This document shows positions 1-12,824 of a DNA stretch of 64,000 bases, one piece after another. The notes beneath the pieces are model-generated. The model was not told where the DNA came from and made no database searches. It worked only from the letters and a program-made list of their open reading frames with translations. The stretch's first letter is position 1; every line of letters starts with the position of its first letter. The DNA comes from Callorhinchus milii (taxonomy: Eukaryota), in NCBI RefSeq assembly GCF_018977255.1, contig NW_024704743.1, forward strand, positions 111,788,001 through 111,852,000, given 5' to 3'. The position numbers and the translations under genes were made by a program.

Positions 1-2633
1 CATCCCTGCTCAGTATCGTCTGACCTTTTTTTCAGCAGTTTATTATAAGCATTTTCTAATTTTAACTTTCAATTTTCGCCATCTTCCAGTCAATTTAAAA
101 CTAAATGAATTTGAGGGCGAGGACAGTATCACTGGACAACTGGGGGAAAATGCTTCTCGTAATGCAATGAAGATGAACGATTGATTGGTATCAGATGCAA
201 CATAAATATATACAGTTCAGCGGTTATCCAATTGTCTGCAGTGCATGTGGATGCATTTTTACGATTTTGTAAAATACGTACGTGATTCGTATCTGAACAT
301 ACTGTATTATGTGCTGAATGCACAATAACTTTAGTTTAAATTAAACATAAGATGGTGAAGCTGCTTTAAATGAATGACAATATGTAAATTCTAATGTACG
401 TAAATTATTCCTGGTACATGATTTTATAAAGGTCTTTATGACAAGAGCTATCATTAGCAGAAAGAAAAATCATGCCCATCTTTTTGTCTGCAGACAAATA
501 CGTTTACCTTAGCAATGCTATCTTTTGACAGGCTAGTCCTTAAGCAGCGCACATTACATTTACGGCTGACATTTAATTTTTATTAACACTATGGTTAATA
601 TTCAGCTTTGGAGCTTGCTGTCATATTCCTTAACATAAAATTGTTTTCTGCTTCTGTATGTATTCCGACCTCATTTTACTTTCACATAGAACATTAATGC
701 TCCATTCCAACGAGCTGGCACATAATGCTTCTGAGGACGACACAGACTCGTTCCTGAACCTGATAGCTTGGTCAATTACAACAAAACAAAATGTGGTGTG
801 TGATATTTTCACAGCAAGACTCTCGCCTCCAAGTCAGGCAATTAACCTGTCTCCTGATTGCAGCTGTCTGGGAGATTTGATTTTCCAGAATAGCTCTGAC
901 ATTGCATCTCTACTCCACAATAATATGGCAATATTAACATAGAGTCATCTAGTTAGTATATTGTTCCAATTATTGTCTAGTGGGTGCAAATAAAATGCAT
1001 ATAGCTATTGTATCCTGCATTCACATTGTGACCACCGCTAAATTATTTCTGTGACTTATGTTCAAATCTCAATTACCATCTCTTCTTTGTGGTGCATTTT
1101 TTTTATTTGCTAATAATAATTTCTGCTGAATTATTCACGGATGTTTTTTTTGAAAAAATGACACTGGCAGAAATCATAAAATTAATCCTTGAGCCGTACT
1201 CGGGAAGAGGTCATGGTCTGCTATGAACACTAATGGGGTTTATTCTTAAACAGGTAATGGAGGCCCAAGACTGGAGAGCCAAACAGCCTGTTTAGACAGT
1301 CAAAAATGACAAAATGACAATTCCGAGGAAGAAGAAATCTAAAATATTTCTGACACTGTGATATTGTGAATTAAAAGATGCACTTGCATGTAATTAAACT
1401 ATTAACACGAAATTAAGCTTTTTGCTTCCCTTCAAGATGTACCTTATTTAAAATTGCTGTATTTGCTCCATTTTGCAACAATTAACCCACTCGATTTAAC
1501 ATAGTGATGAATACATACGAGCTTTCAGATATTTTGCAGATTAAATTGCAGCACCGAAATACCTTCTACGTATAAAACACGACTTTGTAACCCATTTTCA
1601 TTGAGCAGCTTAAAATAATATTTGTATATAAGTATGAATATTAAAATATAATTTCGATTTTTGTAAGTTACAATGTTTGGAGTGATTTAATTCAGGGAGA
1701 GAAGCGCCTTACCTCAGACAAGCTGAATATATTAAGTAGATTTACATTATTGTGGATTTATATTTACTGGGCATTCATCTCATACAATAAAACAAGCTTC
1801 AATTTAACCCTTCAATACCTAAGCTGTCTAAATATGGGAATTTTTATTTTAAATTGCATCTGTAGAAGAAATATTCTGTGTATTTATTTCTAAAGCTGAA
1901 TGCAAAATGAGAGAAATGTACTGAACTAAAAACGTTCTTTAATGATTAGCATCGCTGAATAAAATTTTATACATTCAAAACTTGCTTTGTTCAATTAATT
2001 TGGCGCTGAATGCCTACCACTGTCCATTAAGGGTTAATGGGTTTCAACCATTTTTGGGAATGACCAGAGTTAGATAGAATAAAAAACGTATACATAGTGC
2101 TTTTCTATTACATTTTACATCTCTTGTCATTGATGTGGATATACAGAGATGGAAAAGTAGGTTAACCATTACTGACCCATGGTTCAAACGGTGACATTTA
2201 AATGTCAGACTAAGTCATGCATCAAACCCTAAGCTCAAACTTTGTACTGATGTGTGCCTCAAAACAGTTGAGCTTGTTCAGAAATGCTCCTTGTAGCATT
2301 ACTTTAGTAATAAACAAAAGAAAATGTTTAACTTGGTCCACAATTGGAGATTATAAAAACCTGTGCCCTTGATGTCTTGTAGTCTTACTTCAATGGGCCA
2401 GTCAGAAATTATAATTTCACTTCCAATGCACTTCTAAATTATATTTGGATAATAAAAATAAATTAATGCTTATGAATAAGAAAGCCTTGTTCACAAATCA
2501 AGACATATCTATTGGTAATTTTGCTGCCTATAATGAAGGTTAATTTACATCCTTACTTGTGTTTACTGTATTATTAAAAAACGTTCCCCTAAGCCATGTC
2601 AGAGACACATAATGTCTATATCCAATGCAGAAC

Positions 2634-2716
2634 TAATCTGGAATTTATCCAGATTAATACATTTGCATTGAAAATGTAATTTGCATTATAATTAATCTAA
2701 AGTGACGTTAGATTAA
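2634..2716. promoter_or_regulatory. Candidate intronic enhancer module (inverted TAATCT pairs and two octamer motifs)
   Basis: taatctgga-5nt-tccagatta (2634-2656), ATTTGCAT at 2661 and 2679, ttaatctaa-7nt-ttagattaa (2692-2716), all in repeat-free DNA. Function is inferred. Confidence 0.5.
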
Positions 2717-4016
2717 AATGACAATATAAATGAGGCATTAGTGAGTTCTGCTTCACCAAATGAATATTCAGGCCAGTAAAAGCTGCATGTGTTTAGGATC
2801 TTGAATTCTGCTTTCGCGATTATTTGAATGTACCAATTACTGATATAAACTGATGTACACAACAGCTTGGTGACATGACTGCTCTAATGCTGCAAAAACA
2901 TTGCAAACGTTTACCTACTAAGTGGGTTTTATGTCACTGTGGCTCATATTGTGGAGTCTGTAATGATTGTGAAAATTACACTAAAAGGTGCAGATCTATT
3001 TTCCTCATATGCACTCAATTTAGGCAAAATTGAAACCGCATCACAGCAGTGGCACATAAATTGCTACCAATTTATATTTATATTCTTACAGAAGGAACCC
3101 ATTTTTTAATCTTCCTGCAAAAAGAAATCTTTTTCATGTTTTTAAAAAAAAACAGAGTATCTATTTCGTTTCAGTGTCTCAGTTTGGAGCTCATGTCTTC
3201 TGGGTACAAGAAAAAGATATATGACTACCTGAAACTAATAGTCTCCAGCCTATTTCAGGACTTCTGCTTCACTGCATCCAACATAATGTAAATGTGCATA
3301 GCGTGTGGCAAAAAAAAGCAGTCAGTGTAATATTCATTTCTGACTGCAGTCTTCCGCTTTCATACAAAATTCAAAACATTCAAACTGAAACTTATATATG
3401 TGTGTATATAAAAAAAATCAGCCAATTGTGCACCCTGTGATATCTGCCAAGTAAAATACGGAAAGGAGTCTGTGGTATTTATACCAGATGCCGGTTTTAT
3501 GCAAGATGCGATTAAAGCATGACAATTTCTGAAAAAAACATTAATTCAGAATTTATTGCTCAGGTGGAGAAGGCTGCTTTGGATTACTAAGGAAAATGAG
3601 TTAAAAAAAAAAGCAGGCTGAAAAGCCTCTGGTCAGAGATACTGATACGCCTCACCATAATGGAAAAAATACATGATTGGTATCTAATCCTGCGCTTAAA
3701 CAAAATTAATATGTCATCAGAGGAATCACAAGTACAGCAAAGATTAATGAAAGGCGCTTAAAATTACAAGCACGCAAACTTATTTGATTAAAAAATAATC
3801 TCAATGGTCATTCTGTAATATTCTTCAACTTATCCACATCTATCCTGTCAGATGGTTATGATTAAAAATAGGTCAGCGTAAGGCTACTGATAGAAATCAC
3901 ATGTAAAACACACATGTGAAGAATATGATTGAGTCAGGGGAGGGGGAACTGAGCAGATCATTTTAAGATCAAAAGAAAATTTAGTATAGAAAAATGACAA
4001 AATCTACAAGTATTAC

Positions 4017-4142
4017 CAGAGTCTTTATCAGACTTCGTGCTTTCTTTGTTGTCATTTTCACTTGTGTCTTTGCTGTCAGCAGCAGCAGCAGCAGCTGGAA
4101 CCGAGGTTTTACTCGGCCCTTCCGTCTCCTCGCTCTGCTCTT
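4017..4142 (-). CDS. ZFHX4: ZFHX4 internal coding exon (126 nt), acidic linker; absent from the ORF track
   Basis: Acceptor tgtgtttctctttaattgcag|AA; donor TCTG|gtaata; phase 1 to phase 1, no stop. Translation (E)EQSEETEGPSKTSVPAAAAAADSKDTSENDNKESTKSDKDS(G) resembles recalled human ZFHX4 EEQSEEAEGAIKPTAVAEDDEKDTSERDNSEGKNSNKDSG. It is in frame with the 58126-58357 exon. Confidence 0.88.
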
Positions 4143-7100
4143 CTGCAATTAAAGAGAAACACAGGAGGGATTAGGTTAGCAGATTACAAACTGTGCTGGA
4201 TTTATTTATTTTTGGGGGCAGGGTGGTGTGGACCAAAGGAAACATTAAATAGAATCCTCTACCTTGCACCTCATTGATAGCGTCAAAGAGACAGTACACT
4301 GTGCTAATTTGAAAGCTGTTGCTCTGCAGTGGAGATTAATTAATTTCCGAGTAACAAATATTATTCGCCATTTGCAAATCTGAGGCAATGTGTTGAGGAG
4401 CGTTGCTGGGTGCCGAGAGGCAATTAATTTGGGATTGTTTTTGACGTTCTCTCACCCCTGCCTACGAAATTGCCATTGCACAACATGCAAATCTGCACAC
4501 TGGAATCAGTTATAGATTGGAAAATTGTCATTTTGATTGTGTGTGGAGCTTTATTGACAATTGTATAATTGAATAGATCTAAGCAACACATTTTACTGAA
4601 TCCCATAGTTGAGCTAATTTAGCCTTTTTCTTGCTTGTTTTGTAATTGATTAAAGAATATGCAATGATTATCTTCTGGAAACATATTAACCTATTAACCT
4701 ACAGGGGGCAGTCTTTGAGATACAATGCAATATTTTCTCCCGTCCAGGGTATACAGCTAACACCTATCTATAAAATGCTGGCTGCAGACAGATTGCATTA
4801 AAAAAAATTGCAGTGGAGCGATTCACACCAATTTAAATAGTTCTGTATTCTTTCGAGCTGTAATAGTACGGGATTAATCTGTTTATGCAGTTAGTGTATG
4901 GCCAGGGTTACGCAGCACTAATCCTTGAAAGACCTACTGTTCCTTTTCATCCTGTGATCATTTGTCTCTCACTGTGCTGATGTCACATTTTAATGAATTT
5001 TTAGCAGTTTGAGTAATGCCAGATAACCAGGTTCTGTAACTCCCACAGCACTACACGCTGTGTTCATTGCTCTACAAAATAAAAATCATATTCGCAGGTC
5101 CTGCTAGGAATGAAACAAATTAGGAGATAGGAGGAAAATGGCAAAGTGTCGCATTGGTCAAAGGGGGTGGGGTGGGGGGGGGGAGACAGTACTCATCAGT
5201 TTCATAAAATCTTAATAACCATAAGAATTGACCCTGAGAAGGCAAACGGGTCCTGAGCGCACCAGTAGCCCCAGCCGGCGTTTGATAAGGGATGCTTTTG
5301 TTAACTGGCTGGGACATGTTAACCCCTCAAATCCCACATCACTGGGACGCTTGACATATTAAGCACAACATATCAGGCTCAGAAATAAGTATAACATAAC
5401 ATTTTCATTGCAAATGCTTCGGTGATTGAAGGGGAAAAAATGAGCCCACTCTGAATGCTATGTTTTATTGATAGTATTCTGACAGCGGGATGAAATATTC
5501 CCTGTCATATGCTGCAGCTGGTTGCAAATATTGCTAGTTTAATAGTCAGATGACTTTTGGGTGCGAGCAACCCAAATTGTGAAATACAGAAACAATAACC
5601 TGCTTGATCTGTGGTACTGACAAATATTCTGGTTGGGGTCTGCAATATTGTGCTTGGTTACATACAGGTACAGATTGTTTCCTTTTATTCCTTCAGTTCG
5701 AAACCAAGTCACTTTACATATTAGATTCGAGATGAGTTGCTTTTGTCCGCACGCAAAGGGAGAAGAAGTGCAGATCATTTTAAACTGATCTCCTTTAATC
5801 CACCTCAAGGGTGTGTTAAAAACAGATTGATCTAAATTGATTTGTGCCTTGATGTGCGCAGATTAACCCGATTTAAACTGATTAGGATTGGTTTCCAAAC
5901 TGTATTGGACTGCATCCACTTCCCCTTTATCTGTCTCAACAGTAGCATTTCAGCATTTTGCCAATCCTGATCCGTAATCAAAGCTGAGTCTCCGCAGACT
6001 CGCTGGTCACACAGTAGGTGGAGAAGGCTGTATTTGTAAAGGTGATAGGGGACCATAGTTTGGGCTGCTGAGAGTCTGTGATTATGACCCGATGGGGCTG
6101 TGTTAATGCCAAGTGCACACACTGCTCATATCCAGTGTCGGGCCCTACAACCTCAGCAAAGCTTGTGAAAGACCTTCGGCTTCTCATCCTTTGGAATTTA
6201 TGCATTGTTCTTGCATTGGATTTACTGACCCATTTCCCGTGGGCTAGGAAATGAAGTGTCACGGAGTGTCCTTACCTTCGGGGGACATGAAATTTTCAAG
6301 GCTATCACGGCACACATTAATAAAACATAGTGTGTTAAAAGGCAAATTATGAACCCAGTAAGAGTGACTATCATCTGGGTCTCATCAGTCAGTTTGCTGG
6401 GCCCTCTTCTGCCTTTCTGGTATGTGTTTTAAGAGCGAGAGAAATTCCCAGACATGTTCTCCGATACATCATCATGGAGTCTGACCCTGGCCTGACCCTC
6501 ACAACAGTTTGACTAATCTGAATGTGGACAAAGAATCTGTGTCAGCAGCATGGAGCGACTGTGGGATAGACTATCCCCATCAACTTAATAGCAAACAGCA
6601 GTGCTGAGGCTATAACTTCACTGGGTTCCAGCAATGCCACAAACAAATAAACCTCTGAGGTCAAACTGTCCACCAGATACATATTTTTATGTGTTTTGTT
6701 TTAAAAAAAATCTTGAACGAAGGGAAAAAAACAAAACAGGTAACGTATTCAAAAGGGAGAATGAGCGAAGCATCATTAGGGTTTAGAAGCTAGATTTTTT
6801 TATTAAAAGACGTATTTTAGATCATGAAGGTAGGCTCCGTGAAAACTGTTTTGGATTGTAATGTTTCCTTCATTGGGCTTCACGGGCCTTCCATTTGCTC
6901 CCGTTTCTCTCTGTTTTTCGATATCCCTCCTGATTGTCTCTGACTGCAGCTGCCACTGAACGTGAGATCAAGTACCGCAGAAATGAAGAAGAATGTGTAT
7001 CGAGGAACATTCCTCTGGTTGCGGCGAAAAGACTCAAGTCTATCACATTGACGGCTGAAGGAGGATGTGGCCGCCGTATTTGTCTAATACATTTCTTATC

Positions 7101-8001
7101 AGAAAAACCTGAGACTTTCAAGGCCACAGGGTCCAAACAGAGCTCAGAGTGCTTTTAAACGCACAAAGTTTATTAGCCACTGTGGGAAACCAGGCGCACG
7201 GCACCATGAACGGTGCTGGAGCTGAAGCTCTTCTTAATTATAATCAAAATTAATTAGCAGAAACTCCAGGGTTAAGGTGATCTCCAAATGAGTCTGAAGA
7301 TATTTTTAATTGTCTTCTTTGTGACTTGATATTTCACAGTGGATATCTAAACTGGGGTCGAAATCATAATTCCTTTGCTAATCTACCTTCATTAGAAAAG
7401 CTAACAAGTTTGACTATATATTTATACTTTTTACTACTGAATGAAATGACTGGAAAAAAAATGAATGGCGGCTGTGAACAATAGTTTTGACATAAAATGG
7501 TCAAAATATGCATTACAGAGACCACCATGCTGATGCTAATATTCTAAGAGAATAAAATTAATATTTAATTGAAATGTTAGCCAGGATGGTACAAAATTAG
7601 TACTGATCTTCCAAGTGTTTTAATCCATATTTCCCGTTTCCGATCCAATGGAACCTCTGAGGAGCTTGTGGATTTTGTTAAAATGATTCTGAATATGGAA
7701 AGCTTAAAGAAAAGGCCCACTGGGTCCATAAATGTCTCTCCTTCCACAGACAATGCAAAACCTACTCCACCCCTCAATCTCTTAGGAAAAATATCATATA
7801 GATACTCAACAATCTCCAAAAAAAAACTAAATGTCCTCGTCATCCACTCCCCCCACTCGCCCCCACATGTCCACTGTTCATCCCTTCCCTCCTACTACCC
7901 CTCTCCTCCCCCTCTAACATAAAGAAGTAAGTCTAAGAATCAACCTTGTTTCTCTTCTCTGAATCACTTCCTAGATGTTGATGAGGTTTAAATCAGGATA
8001 T

Positions 8002-8149
8002 TCACAAAGAGTGACTCCTGCCGGTAACTAGAAATGTGTCACCATGATCTGTCAGGAGTAACCGCTCCACTCTGACCAGACTTAAACCGTGTCACAGTGG
8101 AGTTTCCATTGAAGCACTGTCTGTTACTGCCAGGAGTCACTGTTTGTGA
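8002..8149. repeat. Nested inverted repeat (MITE-like)
   Basis: Arms 8002-8028 and 8123-8149 pair at 24/27 positions. Inner arms 8065-8076 and 8091-8102 pair at 11/12. Confidence 0.65.
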
Positions 8150-8299
8150 TTCCGAGTGATTGTTTCATGAATCTGTTTCATGAAGATTGCATTTTAGACC
8201 CTAAATGACATTCTGAAAGCAGTGGTGTCTGAAAGGCTGTGACTGTCTTCTGTGTTGTCACTGACATCACACTCTGATCTGATGATGCTTTCCTGACGT

Positions 8300-8660
8300 C
8301 ATAGCACCTTGTTCTCTGACTCACAGGTTGTGGGTTCAAGCCCCACATCGGGATTTGGAACCCATGTTATCCAGGCCAACAATCCAATGTGCTGGGGGTG
8401 TGCTACAATATCAGAAGTGCCATCCTTCGGACAGGACATTAAACTGAGATCCATCTGTATGTGCAGGTGGATGTTAAATATCCCATGGCATTATTCAAAG
8501 AGAGAAGAGGGTTTCTCCCAGTGACCTGGCCAACAACCTCCAAAATAAAATTAGTCATTCATTCCAAGATTGTTTGTGGAAGATTGCTGTGCACAAATAG
8601 GCTACCGCATATGCCCCAAAATGCACAAAATCACACCATTTTACAGTATATTCTGTGAAT
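8300..8660 (+). mobile_element. Old Deu-domain tRNA-SINE (SacSINE1/AmnSINE-like)
   Basis: B-box-like gggttcaagcc; Deu core gtgccatccttcggacaggacattaaactgag..ggtggatgttaaatatcccatggca; partial tail. Confidence 0.75.
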
Positions 8661-9994
8661 ATATCAATATTGCACATAGCAAATGCAAGGATTATCTGAA
8701 GACTCTCTAGACATTAAAACAGGACTTTCAAAACATAAACATGAACCAAGAACAAAAGATCTGACATTTGGTAGTGAGGCCCTCTTACAAATACTGAAGA
8801 AAAGTGTTGAGATGAGACCCTCCATCTCACAACAGCCTTGCTCTCTTTGTATTTCCAGGTGAGATTTTATTATTGACCTGTGCACTCATTTTGTGCATTT
8901 TAATCATAAAAGCTGCCACTCCCAGATTCTCCAAGCACCAGCATTTAGTGTCTTTGAGGGACTTCTGAAATCAAAGCCTAGCTTTTTTTCTGGTTGTGGG
9001 TAAATAACAATGATTTCAGGACAAAATATTTTTGAGATTTTGATAAAACTATCAAGTGTCAGTTTGGAATGGTCATGCACTGTGGCTACAAATCTTAAGC
9101 AGATGCATTGGAGAGTGATAAGTTTCACCCTCAAAACAATATGTTGCTTGAGATGCCTGTATTATGGGGATAATAATCAGGCACCTTTTATGCTGAAGAA
9201 CAATACCTTGATCTGTTACTTGAATGTTGTGGTAACTGAGGTTCTGTAGCTTTAACAGATGGAGCACGTTGTATGTGATTGACTTTACTGCGTGACTCAC
9301 TGAGGTTGGAGAACGCTTCTCTTTCTATAAACCTTAAACTAACACAGACTCTATGTAGCTCAAAGCAAAATTTGCTAACGATTTTCTATCCTTCTGCAAT
9401 TCTTACAAAAAATACAAGTCTGCTGTATGATAAACTCAAAGCGCTCCGAGATGCCCTATGTGAAGAGCACCATACACGTGCAAGTTGTTATAAATACAGC
9501 ACAGTTAGTTTCAAGCTCAAACAGTAAAAGTGCCAGTGAATTGCATTTGCTTTGTGTACACTTTTCTTGGATTTTAGGGAAGGAGCGGGCCCCATAAGCG
9601 CGTGTGAAACACCCATCGATTGAACGTCTGTGCACAGGTGCTGGGTTTGTTTTCATGGCAGTTATTGCTGAGAATACTGGTCGGCAGCAGCACCCAATAT
9701 AAATTTGAATTGCAAAGATTTTTCCATCTGCTCAAAAGGCTTGTGGTTAGATCGAGCAGGAGGGGTGTGGCAATGCTGGCAGAACCAACTTTTCAATGTT
9801 TGGTAATGTTAACCTGGCACCGTGCCACCGGTTTCATGTTTTTTTTTACATTTTTCCACCAGAGGACGTCTGCAATTGCTGTTGCAAGGGAACGCTTGGG
9901 AATGGGTGTCCTAGTTACAGACCATTGCTTCCCCAGCACTCTGGAGGTACAGTGGGGGAGCTTCACCATCTGAATGTCATGGAAGTATTCTTGT

Positions 9995-10151
9995 CAATAA
10001 TCCCCCAAAGTAAAATAGGTCATTCACTTCACAGCTGTTTGTGGGACATGTTTACCCGCAAAATATACAGTCACCGCACTTTAAAATATGTCATGTGACT
10101 CATCATCCCGACATGAAAGGCGCTATGCAAAATGTAATGATTACTATTATT
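9995..10151 (+). mobile_element. SINE 3' fragment
   Basis: gctgtttgtgggac..aaatatacagtca..aaggcgctat..ttactattatt tail shared with the other copies. Confidence 0.7.
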
Positions 10152-10364
10152 GCTACTGCCACCTTACCAATGTTAAAAATGCTTTTAATTAACTTTCGGA
10201 GCCCCAAGAATATAAAACCTCAGTTGTTTGTAGAGTCATTCATTTGTAGTTTGCTGACTTATGCTTCCCTACCCACAAAAATATCAATGTCTTACCATTT
10301 TAAAAATAACAATAGATGATGAGGCTTTTCAGTTTAATGGTGACTCTGATTACAAATGTTTCTG

Positions 10365-10800
10365 TGTCAGACTGCCTCAGTTGGTAGGATTCTTGCTTCT
10401 TGAGTCAGTGATTAAGGGTTCAAAGATGTTGGGTTTTTGAGCTTACAAGAAGATAACACTCCAATTCAATACTAAGAGAGATCTGTATTGTTGGAGGTGC
10501 GGAAATTCAGATGAGGTGTTAAACTGAGGGCTACATCTACTTGTTCAGGTGGACGTTAAAGTTCCCATTTGAGAAGAGAAGGGAGCTTCCCTGATGTCCT
10601 GGCCAACAATCACTCATGTAAAATAAGGAGATGACTTTATGGCTGTTGGTGTGACAAATCTATGTGCAAATTAGCAGTCTTGTTGGCTTACAAATATACA
10701 GTCACTACACGTTGCAGTAAATCCTGTAAAGCGCTTTCAGTCTTCCTCCTGACACAAAAGACCCTATATCAACTGCAAGCATTATTATTGTTATTATTTG
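10365..10800 (+). mobile_element. Old Deu-domain SINE, near full length
   Basis: Degenerate tRNA head; core ggaggtgc..cagatgaggtgttaaactgagg..caggtggacgttaaagttccc..gtcctggccaaca; tail tgtaaagcgctttc..(att)n. Confidence 0.75.
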
Positions 10801-12726
10801 TTGTTGTATTAAGTGTGAATTAGCCGCTCTCAGCTTTACACTCTTTTTAATATTAAAGTTGGAGGCAACATTTGTGCAAGTTTCAGGACCAGATAAAATG
10901 TTGAGGTTCACTGAGATCCCCCACTAATGTGGTTATTTATTTATGTTCATCAAGTCATGGAACCATCATGTCCTAGAATCTCTCAGTCAGACAAGGATGC
11001 TAACTCCGTCCAGGGGATCCTTTGATGCTCTTAGCTTTTGGTTTGATTTTTAATTCACACGGACACTTTAGTCATCTTATCAATTATGTTTCTCTGGAGT
11101 TTCCGATTACTCTAAGAAAATATACCAGGCTTCCTCTCCTCATAGTAACTATGACCCTCATATTTAAAGATGGGGAGATGGGGGGTGGAGTGTAAAAAAG
11201 TGCACTTTTCCTGCCTCTCAGACAATCTCCGAGTGGCAATTACAGAGGTGCCAGGAGCTCAGACTGTCCTCGCCTCTCAAAAATGAAGGATGTTGTGTGG
11301 AGGTAAGAAGGAAGAAAAGGTGATGAACAATCAAAGCCTCGCAGGATACTGAATATCTACCTCAGAGGTTTGCTGCGGCTCATGTATGATATTGCCTAAA
11401 GAACTCAGTGAGAATGTGAGAGAAATTCAAAGGTATTATTGTAGCACTGCAGTTTGTGAATTCTGGCTTAAATATGAAGTTGGTTTTTTGCACTTCCTAA
11501 AAAGAAATCTACAGAATAAAAGGCTTCAAAATTTAAGATATTTTGCCAAATTCTACACACTCTGAAAATGCTGCACAAATAGAGTAAATCTAAACCCGGG
11601 TTGAATTTCTCTCTATATTTGTGGAATAGGAAACAAAAATCTGTACACATCAGTCTATAGCAGGATTCAGAAATATAGTCTAGAGCAATAACCCATTCCA
11701 ACACAAACTGGGGGTAATTTGGTCTTAATTTTGGCAGCTGGTTTGCTGCAAAATCGTAGCCCAGAGCAATGGGACAGAACAGTGACTGGGAAGTTCCTTC
11801 ATTCATGCCAAAGTATTGCCAAAGTAAACTGGAACAGTGGTAGAGTTTGACATTTCATAAATTGAGCACTTTACATCTACTTAACTAACTTGAAGCATTA
11901 CTGTTAAGAGAGACACACCTATTTTAGCTCTATGGTTGCATAAGATAGGCTATGCCTGCGGTGCGTTGAATTTGGATTCCAATACGGAGACTCTCTTTGT
12001 CTTAATACAGCACAAGCAATTCTGCAACATTGTAAGTCAAAGAGAGAGGGGCAGAATAGCCCCCAGTCTGCAACTGCTGACAAATCTGTTTGATGGCCTC
12101 ATGTAGTTAAGAAAAAATACAACAGTATAAATCAACTCTGTCAATTTCACTGAACCCGAGCAATAAAAAAGATCCAATAAATAAGCAATTTTCTTTTCAA
12201 ATAGCTTGAAATAGGAAGAAAACGTCTGGGTCCCATGTGTATAGACAGATTTTTTTTTAAAAAACGAAACAAATTAGTAAGTGCACCTTCCACACATGAG
12301 AGAATTCCACTTGGTCTCAAAATTTTTGGTTTTTAGAGGGTAAACATTTTTGGACAATTCTTAAATTCAGTCTGAATTTTGAATCCAGTTATCCATGACA
12401 CGTCTAAATCTAAGCTCAGGTGGAAATCGTCTCTTCCCTACTCCCCACCCACACCCCTGCTCCCTCCCCTCTTGTGCCCCACCTCCGATGAAACAAATGA
12501 GCAACTTGAGAGATCCACTATTGTGGCTAAGATTTATACAACACAACATTTTCATACATAGTTGATCTTTTTTTGCAAACTCTGGTCTCGTACAGTTGGT
12601 GCACTAATAAAAATGCGAGACATCACACTAAGAAACTGAAATGGTTATGTGGAAACAAAAACCTCCTCTGTATCCATTTCAGCAGTTTCTAATAGAAAAG
12701 AATGGATACCTGGGAGTGATTACTGG

Positions 12727-12824
12727 GCTGTAATCTAATCCAGGGCTCAGATGATGTCATCAACCCTGAGAACATAGCTCGAGTAGTTTACAACCATCAT
12801 CTTACAACTGAATTAGATTACAGC
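12727..12824. repeat. Inverted repeat with 17-bp arms
   Basis: gctgtaatctaatccag (12727-12743) pairs with ctgaattagattacagc (12808-12824) at 16/17 positions. There is an inner ctcag..gatga-tg-tcatc..ctgag hairpin. Confidence 0.6.

Noticed and set aside
4062..4277. Plus-strand ORF with polyQ (MCLCCQQQQQQLEP..)
   Set aside because: It is the antisense reading of the (GCT)6 tract in the minus-strand ZFHX4 exon.
12620..12688. Minus-strand acceptor ttcttttctattag|AAACTGCT giving ETA.., at about the position expected for the small tetrapod exon
   Set aside because: The frame reaches TAA after 14 codons, there is no phase-1 donor, and the sequence is part of a local inverted repeat. It is probably chance, though an alignment would settle it.
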